Shown here: positions 1 through 12,315 of the stretch, one piece after another
Layout: each line of letters begins with the position of its first letter
Numbering within the stretch: position 1 is the stretch's first letter
Assembly: GCF_036365525.1 (NCBI RefSeq)
Contig: NC_090418.1
Location: 7,232,304-7,296,303 of the forward strand
DNA from: Heterodontus francisci
Lineage: Eukaryota
Length of the DNA stretch: 64,000 nucleotides
Direction: 5' to 3'
The notes under the pieces: model-generated
Told to the model about the DNA's origin: nothing
Database searches by the model: none
The model's input: only the letters and a program-made list of their open reading frames with translations
Program-made: the position numbers and the translations under genes

Positions 1-222
1 GGAGCTCAGATGTCCAACAACCACAGCCATTTTAGCCGTTATTGATAAGTCAACCCCTTCATCCCAGGAATCAGCCGAGTGAATCTCTTTTGAACTGCCT
101 CCAATGCCAGTATATCCTTTCTTAAATACGGGGACCAAAACTGTACGCAGTACTCCAGGTGCGGCCTCACCAACACCCTGTACAGTTGTAACAAGACTTC
201 CCTATTTTTAAACTCCAACCCC
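1..222 (-). mobile_element. CR1 LINE fragment
   Basis: Reverse complement encodes LYRVLVRPHLEYCVQFWSP.L.KDI.ALE.VQ.RFTR.IPG. Confidence 0.85.
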
Positions 223-1411
223 TGCTATCCTGTGAGAATGTATATAAAACATGATGGGATTAAGTCAAATTGGCCACTGTTGAATTTGCTAGCTTGATCT
301 TTGTGAGAACACAAGGGTTAAGTAAGTTAAATATATTAAATGGTCAATTCACTTGTACAAGTAAACACTTAATAGAATTCAGTATGGAATGTCCTGTGTC
401 CTGCATTCTTGATACAAGATATGGACAGTAAATGACCAAAGGCCTGGAATTACAAGAACCTCAGAAATAGGTAATAAAATGGAGTCTGTAATGACAAGAA
501 ATGAGGTGTGGGTGAGGCTGGGAATGTAGAGGTAAGTGGAATGTGTGTGTGGGTCGTACAGGCAGTGGAATGGGGTATAGGAAACAATATTGATCATGCA
601 CAGTGATCATACAGGGCAAGACCCTAATACTGACCCCCAGTGACATTGTGCTCCAGGGGAAAGTGAGGCTCAATCATGGATATGGGGGGAGGGGCAGTGG
701 AAGCGGGCTCCCTTTTCCTTTATCTGGCTCTGCAGTCCAGATAGTCGGGCCAGCTATTGGAAGAAGATCCCTCCTGAACGACTGGTCATTGATCAGTGGG
801 AACTTGGTGCAATTAAAGACCCAGACTAGGTGTGGGCAGCATCTGATTTTTACAGTAATGTTCACTGGAACTTCAGTGCTACTCTACTGGAATTCTATGT
901 AACCTAACCTAACGTGCAATCTTTCACCTTGTCGTGCATGTTTGTTGTTTAATTCTTGAAAGCCATACGATTAACGGAAAATATAGGACACCACTGTACG
1001 ATATAAAATCCAGTCAATATCCTGTGGTTTTGCACATTTGGCAAGGGGCAGAATCGCCGGGTGTTGAGGTTGGAAACTGAGGCAAACAGGACCCGAAAAT
1101 AGAGGCTGGTTTCCCCAACCCTGTTCCTGACGCTGTCTGTTTTAGGGGAGGCAGGTTTGGGGCCCAGCAGGGCTGCCCAACCCCATCAGGCCAGCAGCCA
1201 ATTAGGCCTCTTTAAGAGCCTTGTTAAGGGCAGTTAAAGGAGGCCAGATGGGATTTTCCAGTCTGCCCCCCAGTTTCCCAAAGCAATGGGTTGGGGGGGG
1301 AGTGACGCAGTTTAACTGCCTAGAGACCAGCACCCAGCAGCAGGCCTACAGGCTATCCCTACCTGCCTGCTGTGGGTGCAGCCAAAGGCCGCCCTTTAGA
1401 GCAACGGTAAA

Positions 1412-1725
1412 GGGTCAGCGATGTAGTTCCAAGGCAGGGTGATGTGTGGCTTGGAGGGGAACTTTCAGTGGTGGTGTTCCCATGCGTTTGCTGCCCTTGT
1501 CCTTCTACAGGTTTGGAAGGTGCTGTCAAGGGAGCCTTGGTGAGTTGCTGCAGTGCATCTTGTAGATGGTACACACTGCTGCCACTGTGCGTCGGTGGTG
1601 GAAGGAGTGAATGTTGAAGGTGGTAGATGGGGTGCCAATCAAGCAGGCGACTTTGTCCGGGATGGTGTCGAGCTTCTTGTTGGAACTGCACTCATCCAGG
1701 GAAGTAGAGAGTATTCCATTACACT
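1412..1725 (-). mobile_element. Same LINE family, 3' fragment
   Basis: KKLDTIPDKVACLIG...HHRRTVAAVCTIYKMH. Confidence 0.85.
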
Positions 1726-2019
1726 TGCACGGCCTCCCAAAACGCCTCACAGCCAATGAAGTACTTTTTGAAGTGTTGGCACTGGGGTAATTTAGGAAAT
1801 GCAGCAGTTATCTTGTGCACAGCAAGCTCCCACAGGCAGCAGTGTGATAATGAGCAGATCATCTGTTTTTTTTAGTGATGTTGGTTGAAGGACTAACATT
1901 TGTCCAGGACTCTGGGGGTTAACTCCCCTGCTCTTCTTCAAAATTGCTCAAAGGGATCATTTACATCCACCTGAGAGGGCAGAAGGGACCTCGGTTTAAT
2001 GTCACAAAAGCAGGGACCT

Positions 2020-3235
2020 CTGACTGTGCAGCACTCCCTTGGTACTGACCCTGCAACAGTGCAGTGCTCCCTCAGTACTGACCTTCCAACAGTGCGGCAC
2101 TCCCTCAGTACTGACCTTCCAACAGTGCGGCGCTCCCTCAGTACTGACCTTCCAACAGTGCGCACTCCCTCAGTACTGACCTTCGAACAGTGCGGCGCTC
2201 CCTCAGTACTGACCTTCCAACAGTGCGGCGCTCCCTCAGTACTGACCTTCCAACAGTGCGGCGCTCCCTCAGTAATGACCTTCCAACAGTGCAGCGCTCC
2301 CTCAGTACTGACCTTCCAACAGTGCGGCGCTCCCTCAGTACTGACCTTCCAACAGTGCGGCACTCCCTCACTACTGACCTTCCAACAGTGCGGCGCTCCC
2401 TCAGTACTGACCTTCCAACAGTGCGGCACTCCCTCACTACTGACCTTCCAACAGTGCGGCACTCCCTCAGTACTGACCTTCGAACAGTGCGGCACTCCCT
2501 CAGTACTGACCTTCGAACAGTGCGGCACTCCCTCAGTACTGACCTTCCAACAGTGCGGCACTCCCTCAGTACTGACCTTCCAACAGTGCGGCATTCCCTC
2601 AGTACTGACCCTCCGACGGGACAGCTCTTCCTCGGTACTGACCTTCCAACAGTGCGGCACTCCCTCAGTACTGACCTTCCAACAGTGCGGCATTCCCTCA
2701 GTACTGACCCTCCGACGGGACAGCTCTTCCTCGGTACTGACCTTCCAACAGTGCGGCGCTCCCTCAGTACTGACCCTCCAACAGTGCGGCGCTCCCTCAG
2801 TACTGACCTTCCAACAGTGCGGCGCTCCCTCAGTTCTGACCTTCCAACAGTGCGGCGCTCCCTCAGTACTGACCTTCCAACAGTGCGGTGCTCCCTCAGT
2901 ACTGACCTTCGAACAGTGCGGCACTCCCTCAGTCCTGACCTTCCAACAGTGCGGCACTCCCTCAGTACTGACCTTCGAACAGTGCGGCGCTCCCTCAGTA
3001 CTGACCTTCCAACAGTGCGGTGCTCCCTCAGTACTGACCTTCCAACAGTGCGGTGCTCCCTCAGTACTGACCTTCCAACAGTACGGTGCTCCGTCAGTAC
3101 TGACCTTCGAACAGTGCGGCGCTCCCTCAGTACTGACCCTCTGACAGTGCAGCACTCCCTCAGTACTGACCCTCTGACAGTGAGGCGCTCCCTCAGGACT
3201 GACCCTCTGACAGTGCTGCACTCCCTCAGTACTGG
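2020..3235. repeat. 33-bp minisatellite expanded inside a SINE
   Basis: Unit CAGTGCGGCGCTCCCTCAGTACTGACCTTCCAA, about 36 copies; explains the overlapping repetitive ORFs at 1938-3248. Confidence 0.95.
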
Positions 3236-3342
3236 CATGTCAGCCTAGATTTGGTGCTCCAGTCAAGTGGTGCTTGAACCCATGACAGAGAGCATTACCA
3301 ACTGAGCCAAGGTTAACACCTAACATTGACCGGAGTGGCCCC

Positions 3343-3765
3343 ATAGGAGCACAGGAACAAGAGGAGGCCATTCAGCCCCTCGAGCCTGTTCCTCCATTCA
3401 ATGAGATCATGGCTGATCTGTGACCTTAACTCCACATACCCCCTTTGCCTCAAGTCCCTTAATACCTTTGATTAATAAAAATCTATCAATCTCAGATTTA
3501 AAATTAACAATTGATCCAGCATCAATTGCCATATGTGGAAGAGAGTCCCAAACTTCTCCCGCCCTTTATGTGTAGAAGTGTTTCCTAATTTCACTCCTGA
3601 AAGGGCTGGCTCTAATTTTTAGACTGTACCCCCAGTCCTAGACTTCCCAACCAGCAGAAATAGGTTCTCCAGATCTACCCTATCCGTTCCCCTTAATATC
3701 TTGAAGACTTTGACCAAATCACCCCTTAACCTTCTAACTTCCAGGGAGTACAACCCTCGTTTGTG
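3343..3765 (-). mobile_element. CR1 LINE 3' end
   Basis: 3' stem-loop ggccattcagcccctcgagcctgttc and ORF2 C-terminus (HFYT..V...W.SLP). Same-family copies at 11425-11830, 20120-20700, 27303-28090, 30055-30445(+) and 43350-43945(+). Confidence 0.85.
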
Positions 3766-4237
3766 TCATTAATCTAGTCCTCAGCCTGTGCTGCCGGGAG
3801 ATGGTGACAGGAGTTATGGCACTACGGGAATCTCGCAGGAAAAAACTGCCCGTCATTTACTCTGCTGATCTCCTGTAAGCAGGCATGTACTTGCCCCTTG
3901 TTTAAGTGTCGCCGTTTCCCCTGTAAATTGGGATAGTTTTGTGAAAGAGTGAGTGACATCAATTGCTTTTAACGTGTTGTTCCCTGCTTGCGCAACAGGA
4001 AGTTGTGCAGTAGTAGGGTAGAATGATCTGAAGATAACCTTTGTTCGATGTCTCAGTGTATAACGAATGTAACAGCAGCTCCGCACTGAGGGAAACAGGT
4101 AGCAGGGTTCAGTCAAGTGATGAGGATCAGGGCAGGCTGAGGAGAGGTGAAAGGCCCATCCCTCACTGAGACTGCACGCTCTCCTCAGACTGATCTTAGT
4201 CACTAAATCGAACCAGGCAAGTGGACTTTATATCTGA

Positions 4238-4362
4238 TCTGATGAAAGTTCTGAACCGTTAATTGATTCTCTCTCCACCAATGCTGCCTGACCTGCTGAG
4301 CGCTTCCGGAATTTTCGGTTTTCACTTCAGATTTCCAGCCTCTGCCGTGTTTCGCTTTTGCA
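4238..4362 (+). mobile_element. Penelope-type terminal fragment
   Basis: ctgatgaaag...tgctgcctgacctgctgag...tcagatttccagc. Confidence 0.65.
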
Positions 4363-7244
4363 ATTAATTTATTTATTCTCAGACGGGGCTTGAGTTCTGC
4401 GTTTGGGTAACTCGTCCAGCTCCACAACCCTCCAAGATCTCTGCACTCCTGTAATTCTGGCCTCTTGCGCAGTCCCCATTTTAATTGGCGGACGTGCCTT
4501 CAGCTGCCTGGGGCCCTGAGCTCTGGAATTCCCTCGCTAAACCTCTCCGCCTCTCCCTCCTCCTTTAAGACGCTCCTTAAAACCGACCTCCTTGACCGAG
4601 CTTTTGCTCCTCTGCCCTTATATAGCCCGGTGTCAAATCCTGCCTGATATAATTCCCGTGAAGCTCCTTGGGAGGATTTACTACACTAAAGGCGCTACAC
4701 AAATGCAAATTGTTGTTGTTCAACTGACAAAGCTGAAACAATAATGCCGGCCAGTCAGCGTCGAAATGGGCCGTGATGTGACCCAGATTTTCTGCGTGAA
4801 CGTGGCTTGTGGAGTTAATACAGAATTTGTCAGCCTCAGGTCTGAGATCTCAGCTGAGCTGGAGAAAGAACCTCACAGGAGATACAGCTGGTGCAGGCGC
4901 CAAAAATACTGGCTACACCCTCCTCGTCTTACTTTCTTAACGGTGAGAAGCTGGGAGCTATGCTGGAGCAACACGATTTGGGAATCCATGCACGCCAGTC
5001 ACTAAACCCCAGTGCGCAGGATACGGGGATCAGGAGGGCAATGGAATTGAGGTGGAAGATCAGCCACGCTCTTATTAAATGGCAGAGCAGGCTAGAGGGG
5101 CCGAATGGCCTACTCCCCCTCCTATTTCTTGCACTCTTAAAATAATGATCAAAAGGGCTCGTGTAATGTTGGAACACAAAAATGGTGAGGCAATGCTTCC
5201 AAATGTTGTACAGACCCCAATTATAGAATCGTAGGATGAAACAGTACTGAAAGAGGCCATTTGGCCCATCATGCCTGTGCCAGCTCTTTCCCCATTGGCC
5301 CTGCAAAAGAATCCCCTTCAAGTCTTCACCCGATTCCCTCAGTGTGCTCATTTTTAAGGTACCGAACCTCAGAAAGGATAGAACATGATATAACATCGGC
5401 TCAGCAGGAATGATGCCAGGGCTCAAAGGATTAAGTTAGAAGGATAAACGTGGCTTGTATTCAACTGAGTTTCGAAGGTTGTGGGGTGATCTGACTGAGG
5501 TGTTCAAAATTGTAAAGAGATTCGATTTGGTAGAGAGAAACTATTTCCTCTGGTGGGGGGGGGAATCCAGAACCAAGGTGGGATAACCTTAAAATTAGAC
5601 CTGGGCCTTCTTGGTGTGAAATCAGGGAGTGGTTTTTTCGTACAAGGGGTAGTGGAATTCGGGAACTCCCTCCCACAGAAGGCAGTGGACACTGCGGGTT
5701 GGGGGGGTCAGCTGAACCTTTCAAGAATGAGATCTCTAGATTTTTTTTTAATTCTTTCATGAGATGTGGGCATCGCTGGCAAGGCCAGCATTTGTTGCCC
5801 ATCCCTAATTGCCCTTGAACTGAGAGCCTTTTCGGAGGACAGTTAAGAGTCAACCACATTGTTGTGTGTCTGGACTCCCATGTAGACCAGATCAAGTAAG
5901 GAGGGCAGATTTCCTTCCCTGAAGGGCATTAGTGAACGAGGTGGGTTTTTACGACAACAGCCGTTTCATGGCTCCATTACTGAGACTGGCTTTCAATTCC
6001 AGATTTTTTTTATTAATTGAATTTCTATTCCAGCAGCTGCCGCTGGGATTTGAACCCCTGTCCCCGGGGCAGAAGCCTGGGCCTTCAAATGACTAGTCTG
6101 GTGACACAACTGCCACGCCACCCATCTAAATTAGTGCTGGGTAAGGGTAGCGAGGGATATCGAGCAGGGGGCGGGTAAATGGAGTTGAGGTACAGATCAG
6201 CCATGATCCAATTGAATGGGTGGAACAGGCCCGAGGGGCTGAATGGCCTTATCCTGAACTACCTCATTGCCGTGCAGCAGCTGATGCTGGAATCGCATCA
6301 CATGGGCGTGTCACTGTAAATGGGAAGATGGTTGAGCGAAAGGGTTAAGCAACTTACTTGCTTGTGGCATTCTGTTTCCTGCTCAAATAACCAGTTTACT
6401 CGCAGGAAGTTGAGCAACAGAGGAAATTGGCCAGGCCTGATAAATAGTTACGGAAAATGCCTTAGCTGATGTAAAGCAAGACGCTGGGGTTGATTTTCGT
6501 TTCCCGACTGTCTCGTTCGCGTTGGCAAACAGGGGCGAGGGAGTCGGTAGATAAAAGCAATTTTCTCTTCAATATTCAGAGGGCAAATCAAACCAGAAAC
6601 GGTTCTGCTGAATGTTTTCATTGTCTGTCCCCAAATCCCAAAGGAACATTAGTGCGAGGCCTACTTCAAAACTTCAAGGTATGTGAGCAATTGGGGTGTG
6701 GATCTGAGCAGATATGGCTCCACGTTAGTGAGCTTGCTTTCTTTCACCACAAGGTCCTTTGCTTCAATCGAAGATCTTTATTGGAATCTTTAGTAATCAC
6801 ATTGGGCCTACTTTATATTAACTTTTGTTTTTATTCTGATTGGATGTGGCAAGGCCAGCATTTGTTGCCCATCCCTAATTGCCCTTGACAACTGAGTGGC
6901 TTGCTTGGCCATTTCAGAGGGCACTTAAGAGTCAACCACATTGCTGAGAGTCTGGATTCACATGTAGGCCAGACCAGGTAAGGATGGCAGATTTCCTTCC
7001 CTCAAGGACGTTAGTGAACTGGAGGGGTTTTTAACAGCTATCATCGATGATCGTTCCGTTAGCATTCAGTTAATTGCATTTATTCATTAATTGAATCCAA
7101 ACTGCTCCAGCTGCCATGGTGGGGTTTGAACCCGTGTCCCCAGGGAATTAGCCTGGGCCTCTGGATTACTGACATTACCACGACACTGCCGTCTCCCCAC
7201 TTAATTCTGCATCTCTTTCTATTCTGAGCGTGCATTATCGTTGA

Positions 7245-7750
7245 ATCATGGAATGGGACAGCACCGAAGGAGGCCATTCGACCCATCGTGCTTGTGCCGG
7301 CTCTTTGCAGGAGCTGCCCAATTAGTCCCACTCCCCCCCCACCCTCCAGCTCTTTCCCCACAGCCCTGCAAATTTTTCTTTTTCAAGTATTTATCCAATT
7401 CCCCTTTTGAAAGTTACGATTGAATCTGCTTCCACCGCCCTTTCAGGCAGCGCGTTCCAGATCACAACAACTCACTGCGTTAAAAAAAAAATTCTCCTCA
7501 TCTCCCCCCCCCCTCTGATTCTTTTGCCAATTATCTTAAATCTGTGCCCCCCCCCCACCCCGGTTACCGACCCTCCTGCCACTGGAAACAGTTTCTCCCT
7601 ATTGACTCTATCAAAGACCTTGATGAGTTTGAACACTTCTATTAAATCTTTCCTTAGCATTTCCTGCTCTATGATAAACAATCCCAGCTTCTCCAGTCTC
7701 TCCACATGACTGAAGTCCCTCATCCCTGGTACCATTCTAGTGAATCTTCG
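7245..7750 (-). mobile_element. CR1 LINE 3' fragment
   Basis: RRFTRMVPGMRDFSHVERLEKLGLF...DLIEVFK. Confidence 0.85.
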
Positions 7751-7810
7751 CACGTTGCTGTGTCACGTAGCTGGCAGATGATTGATTAATGTCTGTTCTT
7801 TGATATCTAG

Positions 7811-8338
7811 GCCGTGGCGAGCCAAGCCGCTGGCTCGTGGTCTCAGCCGGAGAGCGGAACGCAAGGGTCTGCCTCTCACCATTGTCAGTTGGATGTCGCG
7901 GAGCTGCAAGCCATTGTGTCCTTCACCGGCATCAACACCGCTAAGTTCGTGGAGGAGGTGGAGAAAGACGACAAAGTGATTCGCCGGCAGTGGAAGCGAA
8001 GCTTCAATCATCAGATGAGGAGCGAGCTGAAGAGACTAAAGACCTTTGAGAGCTTCAAGCCCTGGACCCCCCGAGGAGATGGCGAGCGCGGGTTTTAATT
8101 TCACAGGGTCGAAGTCGAGCGTGCAGTGCTTCTGCGGCGGGGGCGTTTCTGCAGCAAGAGCATCAGCAAATCGCCCAGATCGGCGCACCAGAGGTTCGAG
8201 CCGGACTGCGGCTTGGTGAAAACGTTGGATGTTGGAAACATTGCCAAGTATGCCATCCGGGTCCAGCCACCTGAGGACATTCCACTCAACCGCGCAGAGC
8301 AGTTGAGAGAGAAACAGGCCAGACGCGAGACCTTTAAA
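7811..8338 (+). pseudogene. NAIP: NAIP-like pseudogene, first coding exon (N-terminus, BIR1, start of BIR2), disrupted
   Basis: Acceptor ...tatctag|gccGTGgcg. Stitched translation FNHQMRSELKRLKTFESFKPWTP/EEMASAGFNFTGSKSSVQCFCGG/FCSKSISKSPRSAHQRFEPDCGLVKTLDVGNIAKYAIRV...EKQARRETF closely resembles mammalian NAIP as I recall it (YNSQMRSEAKRLKTF...WIPQEMAAAGFYFTG...QCFCC...HKRFHPDCGFLLNKDVGNIAKYDIRV). +1 shift near the C6 run at 8067-8072, -1 shift near 8139-8148, TAA at 8096-8098, cut by a repeat at about 8339. Confidence 0.9.
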
Positions 8339-8552
8339 TAAAAGCAAAATACTGCGGATGCTGGAAATCGGAAACAAAAACAAGAAATGCTGGAATCACT
8401 CAGCAGGTCTGGCAGCACCTGTGGAAAGAGAAGCAGAGTTAACGTTTCGGGTCAGTGGCCCTTCTTCGGAACTGACAAATATTAGAAAAGTCACAGATTA
8501 TAAGCAAGTGAGGTGGGGGTGGGGCAAGAGATAACAAAGGAGAAGGTGCAGA
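8339..8552 (-). mobile_element. Penelope-type 3' end fragment truncating the NAIP exon
   Basis: Highly similar to 17355-17525 (gtggggcaagagataacaaaggagaaggtg). Confidence 0.85.
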
Positions 8553-8999
8553 TGGGGGTTTCTTTTTACAACAATCTGATTGTCACCATTAAAGTTTACT
8601 GCATCAATTGAATTTAAATTGCCTGGGTGGGATTTGATCGCACGCCTCCTGGTCATTAGTCACAGCCTCCAGATCGCTAGCCCAGTAATATAACTGTGAT
8701 GCTGCTGTACCCCCATGCTTAGGTGATTTTAGGCCTATGGTTCCCAAATCCCTCCCCCGCTGGGGGGTTTCCTCACGCTGAGTTGTGAACTACAGGATAG
8801 AGATTTATTACAACAATGAGTCAACTCCGTTATCATTGGATCATGTGACTACCAGGGTGGTAGAACGCAAACTAGATAAACATTGATCTTTTCTAGTCTT
8901 ATGATTTCCTGTTTCCCTATGTTTCTATGGAGAGTAGACACTCTACCAGTGTCTTTTCCACGACAACATATCCAGACCTCCTTGTTTCCAAAGTCATGA

Positions 9000-9580
9000 A
9001 GGGAAGTCATGTTGAACCTTTATAAAGCTCTGGTTAGGCCCCAACTGGATTGCTGCCTCCAGTTCCGTTCACCACACTTTAGGAAGGATGTGAGGGCCCT
9101 TGAGAAGGTGCAGAGGAGATTTACCAGAATAGTTCCAGGGATGGAGGGTTTTAGTTACAAAGTTAGGTTGGAGAAGCTGGGGTTGTTCCCCTTGGAGCAA
9201 AGGAGATTGAGGGGAGATTTGATAGAGGGCGTACAAGGTTATGACAGACTTAGACAAGGTAGACCAAAAAAAAAGCAGTTCTGATTAACTGATGGTACAG
9301 GGACTTGGAGGACACAGATTTAAGACTTTGGGCAAGAGACACAGGGAAGGATGTGAGGAAGAACTTCTTAACGCAGCTAGTGGTAATGACCTGGAACTTG
9401 CTGCCTACGAGGTGGGGTTAAAGTGGAGACCAAGATTTCAAAAGGAAATTGGACGGGCACTTGAGGGCAATAAACTTGCAGGACTACGGGGATAGAGCGG
9501 GGGAGTGGGACTGACTGGGCTGCTCTGCAGAGAGCCAGCATGGACTCGATGGGCCGAATGGCCTCCTTCTATGTCATTAG
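9000..9580 (+). mobile_element. CR1 LINE 3' fragment
   Basis: MLNLYKALVRPQLDCCLQFRSPHFRKDVRALEKVQRRFTR. Confidence 0.88.
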
Positions 9581-9938
9581 GACTCTATGAACGCAGCGTG
9601 GGCAGAGAAACAGCAGAATGCAACTGCCTCGTGCCCTTTGGACCGGACTGTAATGACAATGATGATTGTTGGGAGATTGTGGTTGTCCCAACACAGTCTG
9701 GGTTGAACTCCTACTAATCATAATACTGGGGAGATTTCTTTTTGAAATGGGAGGTTTTAGAGGTGATGGCACAGTATCTTAACGGCTTTAGCCCACCCAA
9801 TCCCTCATGACATGTGAGACCCAGCAAAGAATAGAGGCAACAATGTCAAACCAGGTTCACCAAGAGTGATTGGAGTGTTGGCTGACTACACAACTATGAT
9901 TTCTCATCCAGTCATGACGTTCCTACTTGCTCAAACAG

Positions 9939-10038
9939 GCATCAAGGATAAAGTCCAGTGCTTTTCCTGTGGTGGGAGCTTAGCACACTGGGAGGAAGGG
10001 GATGATCCGTGGAAAGAGCATTCCAAATGGTTTCCAGA
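9939..10038 (+). pseudogene. NAIP: NAIP-like exon, BIR2 zinc-binding half (100 nt)
   Basis: ...caaacag|GC...CCAGA|gtaagt; translates [34 protein letters not shown], a BIR motif (CxxC...W...D.P...H..W.P) nearly identical to NAIP BIR2 as recalled ([28 protein letters not shown]). Confidence 0.92.
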
Positions 10039-11091
10039 GTAAGTTGTCTTCTTCTCCTCGGAGTTTGCATATTTGGCAGGGTAATGGGACAAAGCATTAT
10101 CCCATAGGAAAGCAGACCTTGGCCGGTCTATGATGTGATAGGGGTTAGTACTTCTGCACATGCACACCTAGAAACAGGAGCTACTGGTTCTCTAAACACT
10201 GGAGCATCAGCTCTGTGTGTTCTCTAAACTGGGAATGTTAGTGCTCTGCGTTCTCGGAACTCGGAATTATTGGCGCTGTGCATTCTCTGAGTTCAGTAAC
10301 GTTGGCGCTGAGCACTCTCTGAGCTCGGGAGCATCAGCACTGTGCCTGGCAGCTCGAAGGCCGTGTGACAGGTGGCAGAGACCTTGAATTACACTTCAGC
10401 AGAGTGGAGCAAATGACACATTCCAGGACATTCCCGTTGCGTGTGCATTGCCTTCCACGTCCTGTTGGTGGTGATGACAAATAGACTGATTCCATGGTAC
10501 AAATGAACACCACTAACTTTGGCAGTGCAATCTGTAGACCGGGTGAACTGATGACGCAAAGGACCCGTTTGCGATTGGGGCAGTGTAAGTGCGGTGATTT
10601 TTCGTTGGAGGGCAAGCAATTTCAATTGGCCTAAATTTGCCACTTCAATAGAATTGGGGTGAATTCTTTGGTGTAAAAGGGCCTCCAGTTGTTAACAAGT
10701 ATGGACCCCCTGTCTCGGTCAATCTTCGAATCTCAGAACCACTTGCATCATTCTGGGTGGCTCACTGTGCCCTCCATGCTTCCAGCTTTCACCAGGGCTC
10801 CAAAACATGGGCCTAAAGAATTAATTTCAAGCCCATGGAATCTACTGTCCAAACAGCAATTGCAATCCCTTTTGGAGGATTCAAATTAATCGCTTCCAAG
10901 AATTGGTCATAGCAACTCAGAACACCAAAGAGGACATTTCCACGGCTTCTGTCCTGTCCAGCAGTGCCTATGCGGGAAGCGTTCTCACTTCCGAGGCTGG
11001 TGGTTATGGGTTCAAATCTCACTCCAGGCACTTAAGTGCGAAAATTTGGGCTGTTACTCCAGTAATTACTGCTTTCTTTTGTGTTTCTAAG

Positions 11092-11173
11092 ATGTGCGTA
11101 TCTTCAGCGTGCAAAATCAGCACTGGAAATTGACCAGTCCGACCGCAGCTACATTGAATTTCATAGAATTAAG
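11092..11173 (+). pseudogene. NAIP: NAIP-like exon, end of BIR2 plus linker (82 nt)
   Basis: ...gtttctaag|A TGT...ATT AAG|gtaagc; phase-compatible with the previous exon; CAYLQRAKSALEIDQSDRSYIEFHRIK supplies the final BIR Cys and resembles NAIP CEFLRSKKSSEEITQYIQSY. Confidence 0.82.
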
Positions 11174-12056
11174 GTAAGCAGTTCATCAAAGCACCGAGGA
11201 GGCCATTCAGCCCACTGTGCCTGTGCTGGCTCTCTGGCGGTTCCACCTCCAAAATCCATCGCTACCATCTAGAAGGAGAAGGGCAGCAGGTGCATGGGAA
11301 CACCACCCACCCACATGTTCCCTTCTGAGTTGCACACACCATCCTGACTTGGAAGTTTATTGCAGCTGGGTCATAATCCTACAACTCCCTACCTAACAAT
11401 ACTGTGGGAGCACCTTCTGCATATAGAACATAGGAACAGGGGGAGGCCATTCAGCCCCTCGAGCCTGTTCCACCATTCAGTGAGATCATGGTTGATCTGC
11501 CAACAAACTCCATATACCCGCCTTTGCCCCCTTCAACCTTAATACCTTTGGTTAACAAAAACCTATCAATCTCTGGTTTAAAATTAACCATTGATCCAGC
11601 ATCGATTGCCATTTGAGGAAGAGAGTTCCAAACTTCTACCGCCCTTTGTGTGTAGAAGTGTTTCCTAATTTCACTCCTGAATGGTCTGGCTCTAATTTTT
11701 AGACTCTGCCCCCTAGTCCTAGACTCCCCAACCAGCGGGAATAGTTTTCTCTCGATCTACCCTATCTGTTCCCCTTAATATCTTGAAACCTTTGATCAAA
11801 TCACCCCTTAACCTTCTAAATTCCAGGGAATTTTCTATCGAGGTTCGTAATGGCTTGTGCGTGCAGCTGGGTGTCAAAACTGCACATTACATATATCTAA
11901 AGCAAAAAAAAATTAATTTGCCCTTCGCAATCTCAGGACGTTCCAAAGCGCTTTCCAGCAAGGGAAGTACTTTTGAAGTGCATTCACTGCTGTAATGTAG
12001 GAAACACAGCAGCCAATTTGCGCACAGCAAGCTCCCACAAACAGCAGTGTGATAAT

Positions 12057-12315
12057 TGCTGCGTGATTGCCTTTAAGAGTGATGTCCCTTTAAGATCTCA
12101 GTATGCCAATGCGCTAAGTACTAGGATGTAGTCATGTGACTACGAGCCAGTCTCACTCTGTTACTGTAACACCAAGAGGCAAGTCCTGTAAATAGATAGC
12201 TCTGTACTGTATAATAGTTTAGCTGTTTAATAAACCTGTTTGAGATCTTCAGTCAACTGAACTCCATGCATCTCATTAATGTTGCGTCAGACAACCTAAA
12301 AAGCTTCTCATTGCA
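12057..12315 (+). mobile_element. Probable solo LTR inserted into a SINE
   Basis: 259 bp, TG...CA ends, AATAAA at about 12229, flanked by ATAAT/GTAAT (near-perfect 5-bp TSD); the host SINE sequence gtgtgataat...ccagatcatctg is split around it. Confidence 0.65.

Noticed and set aside
1938-3248. Four long overlapping ORFs (352-427 aa)
   Set aside because: By-product of a stop-free 33-bp tandem repeat inside a SINE; no gene context.
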